A stretch of DNA of 64,000 nucleotides from Podarcis vaucheri (Eukaryota): NCBI GenBank assembly GCA_965113315.1, contig OZ220363.1; one strand, given 5' to 3'. Shown here one piece after another: positions 1 to 11,900 of this stretch; position 1 is the first letter of the stretch, and every line of letters begins with the position of its first letter. Under the pieces are notes generated by a model. The model was not told the DNA's origin, made no database searches, and saw only the letters and a program-made list of their open reading frames with translations. Both the position numbers and the translations under genes were made by a program.

Positions 1-101
1 TTGCACTTTGATGCAGGAGCTGGGACCAAGCAACGGGAGCTCACCCTGTCACGGGGATTTGAACCACCAGCCTTCTGATTGGCAAGCCCTAGGCTCAGTG
101 G
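1..101 (-). mobile_element. Sauria SINE fragment (5' half, cut by window edge)
   Basis: Reverse complement aligns to 24760-24892 (agagcctagggcttg..gatcagaagg..ggggtgagctccc..aaagtgcaa). Confidence 0.8.
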
Positions 102-1101
102 CTTGTCAGATGCAATGATTCCACCCTCTCCTCCTCCTAGGCACAGTTCCTGGGCTTCTTCTGATTTCATGGGGCATGGGGGGGGGGAAGAGGGGAGAAG
201 CCTGTTGTGCAAGTAGAAGTCCTTTCATGGGACTTACACTCATTAGTCAAATCCCACCTATTTAAATTTAACTCCTTCTAACACTCCACATTTTAGGCAT
301 ATCCCTGAATAGTTTGAGTTTATATATACACAGGCTACAATGTATTAGTATACATAAGTATGGATATATTAGTTATCAAAATATATGTAAATTCACACAC
401 CCATGTGGCATTTTATCACTTAGTGACTCGTCTAAACTTGGGAAATGCTTCTCTTGAAATGATAGTGGTTGTAGTCCCCTACTCATTACTGAGAGTACAC
501 TTAATGAGCCCAATTTAGTCATGTTAATTTTGATGACACTGCTCTAAGTAAAAGTTGGTTGACAACCCCCTTGTATTTAAGGTGGCATAGAAGCTGTGAT
601 GAAACCATGATTTGCAGTGTAGTGTAGATGATTTGGAGCTGCAGTGATTGCAGCAATGAATGTTAATTTGTGAATTGTATCTTAATTGCCGGTATGGCAA
701 GATTTAGGACTGGACAAGTCAGCATTTGGTTTTGGAATTGTAGTCTTTGAAAGGACCCTTCATATTGTGTATAGAATAGCCAATACAGGGAGTCGGAAAT
801 AGCAGTTTTTACTATATTGCATTACTTGCAATGGTTTAAAGATAGTGGCTAAACTCCAAAATAGTTAAAACACAATCAAATTTAAGCATTATCTTCAAAA
901 ACTAAATTTATATGCAGGAGGAGAAGGATCTATCAAAGTTGTAATTATTGTAGAGAGGTTGTGCTAAAATAAGTTTGTGATCTATACACTTTCCGCTCCT
1001 TGGCCAGTTGCTCTTGATTTCACAAACATCACTTACCTGTCATAGTGGCTTGAAACATTTTGCTCAGATATGAACAGCTAAGGTTACTTTTTATGAGCAG
1101 A

Positions 1102-1885
1102 GGGGCTGTAGCTCAATTTCAGGGGATGTGGTTAGCATACAGAAGCCACAAGATTCAATCCCTAGCAATTATAGGTAAGACTGAGAAAGAACTTGGTCCG
1201 GGGTACTAAAGAGCTGCTTTCAGTCAGTATAAACTAGGGCTATGCCCTGGATTCAGCTGAGACCCAAGCCAAATCAAGCACCTTTTGAGGGAGTCAGGTG
1301 CAGGACAAGTCAGGTACAGGCAGCCATGGCTCGCTACAAGTCAGGTTGGATGGCTGGCCCAGAATGATCCACGGCTGTCAATGAGTGGGGCATCAGGCAG
1401 GAAGGAAAGACAGGCATTGGGTGAGGGGGGGAACCTCTGAAAATACCCTGCTCACCCAGAAAAAGTAGGAGCCCACCACCTGACTTTCTTTCCCAGCATG
1501 GTGCAGAATGCTCCATTACAAATGGCTTCCCTAAAGAGAAATTGCTTGCAAAGGAGCAATATGTGCCAAGCAGAATTGAGGTGTCTGGTGAGCAGCTCTT
1601 CTGCAGAGGCACCGATCGTGCTAGAGAAGCCACCTGCAAAGGAGGACCCACAGAATTTACCCCACTGCTCTCAGTTGGGAAAGGGGAAAATTTAAGAGCA
1701 ACATTTCCTTCCTCCTTCTCCCTTCCTTTTCACCCTCCCAGCTGTATTTATTTAGACCCTAAATAGACTTTGGGACTGGATCCGTAACAGGACTCGTGGT
1801 CCACAGGTTTGCCCAGGACTGGTTTTGGGGTGCACTGCTTAGCCAGACTGGCCAATATTTTTACTTTGTATAAGGCAGCTTCCTA
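1102..1885 (+). mobile_element. Squam3-like tRNA-derived SINE split in two (1102-1234 and 1842-1885) by an inserted element
   Basis: 5' GGGGCTGTAGCTCA tRNA-like head and GATTCAATCCC B-box-like motif; 3' end GTATAAGGCAGCTTCCTA; homologous to the copies at 30800 and 34358. Confidence 0.65.
1235..1841. mobile_element. Degenerate hAT-like non-autonomous element nested in the SINE
   Basis: Ends TAGGGCTATGC...GCACTGCTTA are degenerate inverted termini; GC-richer than flanks; similar left end at 62376; no clean TSD. Confidence 0.5.
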
Positions 1886-4849
1886 CAATTGGAGCAGCCC
1901 AGATGAGAAAAGAAGAAATTGGATATAGCTTCATCCCCCTTCTTTCCAGAATGATTAATATATTGTTTTAATTTATGCAAATATATCCAGATGTTACAGT
2001 GGTGTGCAGATAAATTATTGTATAAATAAGCAAATATGTCAACAGTGGGGATAATTAGCTCACTAAGAGAACATGCTTCATGATAAGACAGGTTCACCAC
2101 CACTGGTAGCCTCAGTGACAAGATTGATAACATGCCTTTGCAAATATTATAGCCTAACCTTTTGCATTCTGAATTGAATTCATCAGTGGTTTCCACTAGG
2201 CTCTGGATCAATAGGAAAAGCCTAATGGTGTTATAGATACATGGCAGCACTGCTTACTTGATAGTATCTATATTGTTTGCACCTTCAAATTATGGTCGAG
2301 GTCCAGATGAATGTGTATGTAATTATCTTGTGCTGCCTGCTTTTTCCCCCTTTTCATCTTAGCGGCTGCCTCTGGCTCCGATAGCAAACTCTCAAACCTA
2401 AAGCTATTTGTGAAACAAAACTATTTGGAAGGCATCAATGGCTGTTCCTATTGAGTGGTGCCCTAGCAAAACCATATACAAGAGAGAAAACCCAATGTAG
2501 CTCTCCAGCCATCTATAGTGATCTGCCAGGTACTTGATAAGGACTCCCCCCCCTCTTTTTTTATTGGGAATCACCCTCCCAATAGGCTGCTCCACATAGC
2601 TGGCATGGTGCACTCAGCTTAGCATGTTGAACGTTCTTCAGGCCTGTTTAGTTTTGAGCAATGGAACTAGGATGCCAATACAAACCAACAATTGTTTTTG
2701 GTTGGAACACCTTTTCAAAAACCATCTTCCATCCTATTTTCATTCCCCCCCCACACACTTCTATTTTGTTGTTGCCTATTCTTCCTAAGGCATTAATGGA
2801 GTATTTGCTCCATTGCTAGTAAAACTCATGATTTGAGGGCATGGAGCTACAATGAAACCTCCCAGATCTAAGCTGTAAATGAGTTAGGGAGCATCTTGGG
2901 GAAATTATCGCACTCTTGTACATCATATGAGCCTAGAAACCAAACTCATATGATGGGCCCTGGCATCCCAGGCAAGAAGCAAAGATGCAACTATTATCAA
3001 GGTACTAACCTATGGCTAGCAGGCCATGTTTGATTTGGTAGTTCAAAAGTTGCACAGGACTAAGGTACAAAAAAAGTAATGTGAATGCTGCAAGGTACTC
3101 AAAACAGGAGACAATACTAATGAAGAAAGCCTGTAAACTGTGACATCTGCTGATTATTTATGCATATTGGCATACCTGATTTGCATACCTGATTTGCAAA
3201 CTATCCCTTATCTAGTAATTGTAGCTATTTAAAATATTGTGTCTATAGATCAGATTTCTAAAATATGACCCTTATGTCAGGTAGTAAAATGTTTTGACAC
3301 AAATAAAATTTTAAAGTGGGATATTTTCAAGTACCGGTAAGTATTTCCCCACATATAGTGGATTACTAGACACACTTAAGGAATTGAATCTGAGTGCTGC
3401 AGGATTATTGCTGTTTGTTAGCTGCCTTGAGCAGCTCCTTTTCTAAGAAGGAAAGTAGGATATATATATATATATTAAAGGAAACAAAATGCACAACATT
3501 GTGGTAAAAGCTATCAAGGCCATTCAGCTAATGCATTTAAGTGCAGTCTTGTAAATGTATTGTGTGAAGAAAAAAAGGAGACAAATTTGTGTTTGCTCAT
3601 CATCCCAATGAATTAAAGGATAGGGCTATAGGACTAGTTTCCATGTATTCATCTACCACATTTCTCTTTTCGTTGGTTGAATGTTCTTGCCATTCTTTGA
3701 TGCCATGAACAGCAGAATATGGACCTGAAGAGACAGCTCTGTGACCAGCTTGAAGAGCACATTAGAGTAGTATACCACAAGAAGTTGTAACTTCTAACAC
3801 TTTGAGGGTTTCATATGCAGGGTGTTTGGTACAACAATAATGCATGTCAAAGAGATGCTCATCTAATAAAGATGAGCCAGGCTGGCCCATTTTACCACCT
3901 TATTGGGAGTGGAGAAATGGATACCACATTGGCCATTTTTGCCCCAGGAGGAGAAAGCGCTAGAAATTATTTCAGGCAACTCTGCTGCCTCAAGAAACTC
4001 TACAATTTTGTTTCTTTACAACTTAAAAGGTGGGCTTTCTTTTGATGCACAGTAAGATATAGCTAGAGCATCTTGAGTGTTGAAACAATGCTATGGCACT
4101 TGTAACCTGCTTCCACAAGGAACACAACCCCCAGTGCATAGAGAGTGCTTTTAAAAACGAAAGTGAAATACTCAGGATCAAAACTCCTAGGGACAACAAA
4201 AAATTATTTGGCTTGGACCTAACCAACTTGCCCCGTTAGCACAAGTTGCCTCTGCCTGCCCAATGGAACGTTCCCTCCCTCTCCCTCTCCCTCTCCCTCG
4301 CCATGTGTCCCCCAGTCTCTGCTGGGTTTTCCCGGCCAACTTTTCAGTGTCCACATGAGGGGCAGACAAAAGTTTAGCTGTGCAAGCAAATTACCTTGTG
4401 CAAATTGGCAAATTTCTTTGGATGAAACATCATCTTAGAATGTATATCTAAAATTAAGAGAATACAGAACTTCAATCGTAGAAGTTAATATTCTGATGGC
4501 CAAAGTTGAGTGGGTTGTTTATTTCATAGTGTGATTTGTAGGGCTGTAATTCACCTTGACAATACATTTGATGCATTTCAGGGACTTCACCTGAATAAAA
4601 TAAAAAATTTTAAAATCATTCATCAGAAGGCTCCTTTAGAAATAAAACAAATCATTTCCCAGGCTGAATTTAAATCTTCATGTAACAGCCTGGGCAGCTG
4701 TGACACACCAAATAAAAACTGACAGACTGTTCTGTGATGTGCTATCACAAGTTGGTGTTGAAGTTCAGAATGGAATCTCAGCCCACCTGCAAGAACCAGC
4801 TTCACAAATGATTCATCAAAGTAGTACTCAAATGGCTTACATTGTTAAT

Positions 4850-5784
4850 AAAATCTCTTTATCTGAAACTATAATTTAATATTCATGTATCTAATTTACA
4901 TGTGACAAAGTAGCATATTCTAAAATTAGAGTGTAACCAGCAAACTATTGACTACTGTAAACAATACGAAAAAACACAACCCAAATATTTCTTAGTAAAT
5001 GAAAAGATACAACTTTTAACCAGGGAAACTATTTTAGTTGTTGATACTGGTTTAAACATAGCTGTAATCATGGCTTGAAAAAATTGTTCAAGCACACAGA
5101 CATTTTCTGTGGAAGGAGTTTTGTGTATATACATAAAGTCCAAGCGTATACTACCAAATTTCTGCTTATTGAATTATAGTTGGTACAGTAAAATAGTGAA
5201 TGCTTGAAAAACTTTTACAGGGAAGGGAAACAAACTAATATGTGTATTTATCAGACTTAATCTGATATTGTTTCCCAATGTAAATTGAAACAAAATGATA
5301 TTTTCTCAATATTTTGAAGCTTGACAGTGAAAAAATTGCACTAATTGAAAAGTTGCAATAGTTGGTTAGGCTGCAGCTCTCCTGTGCAAATATCAATATT
5401 TATGTCAGGTGTGCATTATGCTGAAATTGAGAAATCATGTGCATTTTAAATAAAAACAGAGCAACTACGTACAGAACAAACAGTGAATCTTAACAGAATC
5501 AACATGCACTAACCCTACTCTTATGCAAAATTAATTTCTTCCAGGAAACTGCATCTGACCATTGGCCTTCCACAAAGGTATACGTTTTGTCCCTTGGTAA
5601 TACATTTGGACTTTTGTATTCAAATCCCAGTTTCTTAGCTCATTGTCACCAAATGTGCTGCTCCACTGGTATATCCTTTAGCTGCCCTTGGGCTTCTGTA
5701 GAATCTGTTCTCTCACAGTCACTTTTATTTATGGTTTCAGTGAGCCTCACTGAAAATCTCCTCAGTTCTGTACAAATAGCTTCC
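4850..5784 (-). other. DPP10: DPP10 3' UTR (distal end uncertain)
   Basis: AT-rich sequence after the stop, without obvious repeats. Candidate minus-strand poly(A) signals: AATAAA 5729-5724, ATTAAA 4880-4875, AATAAA 4523-4518. Confidence 0.55.
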
Positions 5785-5922
5785 TTATTCATCTTCCTCT
5801 GGTTCCTGTGATAAAATTGGCGCTTCCTCCTTTAAACAAGCACTAAAGAAGCTGAGAATTGTGCTATAAAGGTGATATTTACTCTTCTCTGCTGTGATGT
5901 AATGACCTTCATCTGGGTAGAT
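5785..5922 (-). CDS. DPP10: DPP10 last exon, coding part (138 bp): [45 protein letters not shown]
   Basis: cccag|ATCTAC... TAA at 5787-5785; lies inside track ORF 5785-6021. Confidence 0.96.
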   Translation of the reverse strand: MYPDEGHYITAEKSKYHLYSTILSFFSACLKEEAPILSQEPEEDE

Positions 5923-8900
5923 CTGGGTGAGGAAATGTAAAAATAAATAGGCTTTAAAAACCAAATGATAGGGGTCTCTGATTTGTTTTAAATGCTTTTG
6001 CATCAACACAGAATTAGGCATTAGGCAATGTTATGGCTTCATTGAAAGCTCATAAAATTCAAACTAAAATTCATTTTCCTGATATTTTAAATCAGCATTT
6101 CATCACCTACACTGAAAGCTTTAGCAATAAAAGTATTTACATATATTTATTTAAAATGGCCTTTCTGATTTGGATTTTCAAAATGGTTTAGGGGGAATAG
6201 ATATTTAATTTCTATCAATTATTGTATCAGCCTGATATACAACCTGCTAAAAATGTGGATCTAGTATGACTTCAAAACTAATCCAAAGGTTTATTGTACA
6301 GTGGTACCTCGGGTTACAAATGCATCAGGTTACAGACTCCGCTAACCCAGAAATAGTACCTTGGGTTAAAAACTTTGCTTCAGGATGGGAACAGAAATGG
6401 AGGCCCCATTAACTAAGGTGGTGCTTCAGGTTAAGAACAGAGTTCCAGAACGAATTAAGTTCTTAACCCGAGGTACCACTGTACCTTGTTTTGAGTCCAG
6501 GATCCATTCTGGAGCCCTGGATGCTCCACAAAGTGCTGTTTTGTGTACACACGTGAGCGGTTTTGCACTTCTGCGCATGCACAAAGCACGATTTAGCGCT
6601 TCTGCGCGTGCATGAGCAGCAAACCTCGAAGTAACCCAGAAAGGACGCTAAACGGGGCGGACTCACAGCAAGGTACTACTGTACTAGCAATATTAATGAC
6701 ATGGAGCCCAGATAGTGGGTGGGGTTGTATATTGCTGCTACTGGTAATATTTGGGTATTGATAATGATGCTGGGCTACCTTTGCAGTTTTACTTAACTGA
6801 CAGCTGATAGGAAATGAAAGCAACTATTATTGTACAGTTGCCAAACCTCATTTCATAATTAAAAGGTTTAACGAACATATTTTACTTAAACAACCAGTCA
6901 CACATGTTAACTGGTGTCTCCAAATATATTGTTCTAAAATATTTCGAGCATTTCATCCTTTCTAACCAGCAAAAGCAGAGTTTTAATTTCCAAGTTAACC
7001 TTATAACAGATAGGAATAATGCACTTATGAACAGCACATAGAAGTATGATTAAGTCATTAGCTTTGATCAATAAGAGGTCAGAGCTTATCTTTCAATGTC
7101 ACTATAGAAATAGTATTGTGTTTCTAAATACTTAAAAGAGTATCAAAGAGGCCAAGATGCTCAAGCTCTGATACCACTAAAGCCATCTTCCTGCAGTGCA
7201 GAGTCCTCTGTGCAGAAATCAGTCTGGATCTAACTCCCTATTTTTTATTTTATTTTTGCATAGATTCATTTTTTGAAGTTATTCAACTATACATAGTCTA
7301 GACAAACATGGTGCTATTTTCTTATATATTGTATACTTGCAAGGAAAAGAATAATAAAAATTCTAAGACTGGTCATAATTAAAACATACTGAAGGATGCA
7401 CTATTGAGATATCTGACCATTACATACCTGCATAGTATAATTCACTCCAGCTTTTATTAGATGTTTAATTAATTCTGCTGAATGCTGGAAATGAACTTTA
7501 GCTGTGGGACAATAACATGTGTTAGCAAAAAAGCATTATTAATGTCAATCAGATCTTACAGATTAGCTGCCATCCTGTTCAGGCTTCAATCTAATATGCT
7601 CATACAAAGGACCTTATTATATTCCTGCACTTAACACGTGAAGGTCAGGGACACTGTAATGACGGGGATCTATCAGTGAGGCCACAAGTACATCTTCTCT
7701 GTTGCTGTTGTGTGTGAGTGCCCTACACACAAATACAGTGGGTAATTCTGCTGAATATTCTTTCCTAGCACTTCCAGAAATATCTTCTTTCTTCATAACA
7801 GAACAGCTATAGCATAGTAGTTAGGGATAGAATTCTCTGAAACATCTCAGTGCCAGGCTTGATTTTTCCTATTTCACTCTTTGATCTAAAAAGTGAATAA
7901 TTTTTTTACTGGTTTGTCTAATTTTTCATACTATATGTATAATATTATATACACAATATTATATTGCATTTAAGTATTTTTATTCAGTTGTATTCATTCA
8001 TTCATGTATTTTATGGGCCTTGACTCCTTTATATGTATTATATATAGGATATACCTATTAATATGTTTGGGTAATATCTGCATTTTTAGACACATTGATA
8101 GGTGAACTGCATCACAAAATTCACAGTAGTATGGACATTTAAGGATAGTTTGTTTTTATTTGTGTATTGGTTTAAGAAAGGCAAATTAGATTCTGATTCA
8201 CCATTCCTAAGTGAAACTGAACTTCTTAGAATTAGCTGATTTTTCCAGGAAAATGTATTTCATCCTGCCTCCACTCAATTTTAGTTTTGCCTTCACAATG
8301 CAGGTCTTCAGCTGGACTGTCTGAATGAACAGCCTTTTTAGTTGTCCAATGAGGGAGAATGGTTGTACCCATCCATTGAACTGGGACAAGGTGTTCCAAC
8401 ATCATGAAACAGTGTTGGAAAACCCACTCCTCTGGAAATATTATTCCCATGCTAGTTAAGCCTGCGTTTGACCATATAAATATAAGAAATCATGCATTGC
8501 TTAGCAGTGAAGGGAAGTACACTGTAAATGCACTGTAGAAATTAATCCACTACGATCTATTGTATGCTATAAGTCCCCCCACCCCCGCAACATTTATATT
8601 TTGCCAATGGTGGAATCAATAATAATTTGAAAGCTGATTAAATATTGATGCTGTCATTTATTAATATATGTTGCCATCTACCAATGACATGGGTGTTTTA
8701 TATGATTTAAACAAATTGGTACCTACAGCTGCTAAGAGTTACAGATATTCAGTTACAAGAAATGTCATCTGTTCAGATGTAAAACTGTCAATTGACTCTG
8801 ACAACAGGCTCTCTGGGGACAGACAAAGCTCAGTATTATCAAAAGAACACACACACACGCCTCTCTTTCACTGAACTTAGCTGCGTCACTAGCTACAACT

Positions 8901-11900
8901 GTAAATGGAACTATTTGTGTGTCTACTTACTATCAGCTGTCCCGTGGACAATTAACAACTTTTCTTCTTTAAAGCCGTGAATATTGTGTAGCACGCTGGA
9001 TGCCTTTAGGAAAGAAACACACACACTTGTACACCTCTACGAGTGATTTGCATTTCAAGCGCCCCTGCAACACCATAAATATCTAAAGTACAACTTGCTT
9101 ACCTGATAAGCATTTTCTTCTTTAGATGGAAGGCCAAGGTATCTTTCTGAAAAAGCTGATGCTGCAGGGGAAACAGGATTCTTTTTTATTTGTTTCTGTT
9201 AAATTGTTTCCAGATTAAATGAGTTAACATTTAGGGACCTAATCACACATAACTAAACCCAAGGCTTCATGGGTGCAGAATGGGTACAATCCCTTCCAGT
9301 GTAAAAAATTTGCTATTTTTTAATCCGTCAGAGGGGAAATTGGGTACCTGCCTAGTAGACAAACTGAATAGTACAAAATACTCACCATACAATCTCATGT
9401 CTGTAATTGGTGCAATCACTGCTCCACACTTGAAAAGCTTTTCATTGGACTTGAGAATCATTGATGCAATGTATCCTCCATAGCCCTACAAAACAACCTA
9501 ATGTGAGTTAAAATGTGCCCATTATTGCCTTAATGAAACTAGGTTTTTTGTTATGCAGTACCGTAGCATTTACATCTATTTCTATGGCCTTCTGATCTTC
9601 TGTGAATTATAAATTGACAATTAAAGAGAGACTCAAACCTGTTTTAAGCCATTTTTTTGTCTTAAAAAGGTGTTTTGAGCCAATATTCACTACAACAGAG
9701 TGCCCTGAAATTATTTAAAGTTTATATGTAGTGGTAAAAATGGCATCTTAGCCTCCTACTTCCTCTCAGTAGTATGGTGACTTGGGGAGCATAGGAAGAT
9801 GTCTTATACAGCCAGACTATTGGTCCTTCTAACTCAGTATTGTTGACTGTGACTGGCAGTGAATAAGCCCTATTATTCAAAGGTTAAGTCATGTTTTTTT
9901 CTTATTTACTTATGAATAAATATTTGGAGTCCAGAATCAAATGTTACAGGAGATGTGTGATGTACTTAAATATTTGATATATTTATTCATTGGTGGAAAT
10001 GGTGTGGGGTGGATGTTAATGATGAGACACAGCACTTGTCCCAGCTTTCCTTGGCATTTCATGGGCTGGACAGGGTCAAAATACACTCTAAATATTTATG
10101 AGATATTTAGGAGGGAATCCAAGATTTCTCAACAGCCACGGGGGTTATGAGGTAGCTGAACCTTGTTGTTTTCTTTTGCAGATCAGAGCCACCCCACCTT
10201 CTGCAAATGCCTTAAGGAATAAGGCTATATCACAATGGGCATTCAAGCAATAGTAGAAGAGAAAATCAGTCACCCCAGATTAAGGTAAGAATTAAGAAAA
10301 GGGTATGTCATGTGAAAGTTCTTAGAGTCCCACTCCCCTGTGAATGATAAGCAAATATAACCCCCTCCCCACTTTTCTTCAGGGGAATGGGCCTTCCAAA
10401 GTGGTGATGGGGAACTATTTTGTGTGTGTGTGTAGAAATTATTTGGCTTTTGGCTACACACTGAATGTGGCTATGGCAATCCATATAACACCTTAGGTTG
10501 ATTCTCAGACTGTTCATGTTTAAATATTTATCTAATTTATTTACTTTTTTTAAGGAGGGAGGAGTATATCTAGAAAAATAGCATATAAGGAGAGATATCT
10601 CTCCCCAACACATGCTTTTGTGCAAGGGGTTTATGATGCAAGAGGGAATCAAACAATTTATCAAAACTCAGGCAGTTGCAGGAATGCTGTAGCAAATGAT
10701 ATTTTTGAACATACAATAAGGCTCTAAAAAGTAAGCACTGGTTTGCTCTTCACAAATTATCTCCAGTGTCAGATGTTCACCACAATGAACATTATGCCCA
10801 CAAAGCAGGTTATGATGGCCAACACCTGCCTCACTCAAAATTTATAAATTGTTCTTTGTTGGATGAAGATGAACTGTGTTTAAATAGATGTTTGTTTGTT
10901 TTTAAAAAAAACAAAGCCTGCTTGTTTTGTTTCCGTATAAAATGCTTGCCAATTGATTCCACACTTCTAAGAGATAGAGTTCAAGGTCTAGCAATCCCAA
11001 TTTAAGACTTATATAACCAACAGCAGGTTTCTCCAAAAAGCCTGTGTCATTCCCTACTCTGTGGGAAGAAATCCATCCCTTTTAAACCCAGATAATAATT
11101 TATTAATCATTATTATGTGCAGAGGATCTTTTCAGTCCTTGACAATATGGACTTTCACTGTGCTCTGTGTATGTCTACTTCAGAATAACATCATTTATTT
11201 AATTGAAAACTACAATAAAATCTTATATAACCCAGGATAAACAAAGTTTATGCAAAGCACACAGTTCAAGATTTGTAAAATAAATTACTTATAACTATAA
11301 AATACAAATAAAAAGATTGGGGAGAAATTCCTTCATTTCATTACTTCATTGATCTGATCTGCCACTCTCAGACTAACGTGGAAATCAGAACATAATTATC
11401 TTTTGGATTTTGCACTTTTCCAAATTTTGTGATATAGTGTTCACATTAAATACATTAATAATGCATTTTAATGAATAAAAATACACTTAGGAATTTAAAT
11501 ATTTATCTCCATGTACACATAACCAGGCCTTTTTTCCAGCTAGAACAACATTCTGACACCTCTCAGCCCGGCCCTGGAAGTAGTGGGAGAGACCTGACAG
11601 TGTCAGCAAAACCCCACTGCACCTCTGGCTCATGAGGAACCCTCCCTGGACCCCAAATGAGATATCCTCTATGGGCTCTGGAGAGGCAGAGGCACAGTGG
11701 GGCTTTGCTGAGGCTCTTCGGCCTCCCAGCTGATGTGTGAGGAAGCCATATCTCAGCTGAGCAAGCCCTGCTCCAGCTCACGTGAGCCAGAGATGCGTGG
11801 GGGAACCTCATTAAGCTCCTCAGTTAAGCAACCTCAGCAATAGGCCTGGACGATGTATTGATACATCACCCAGGACTGGTATGAGGGCCAGAGCGTGATA

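Noticed and set aside
9155-9164. Alternative in-frame acceptor CAG|CATCAG| at exon ~23
   Set aside because: The first AG preserves the conserved YASAFSERY sequence, and nothing in the sequence supports use of the downstream AG.
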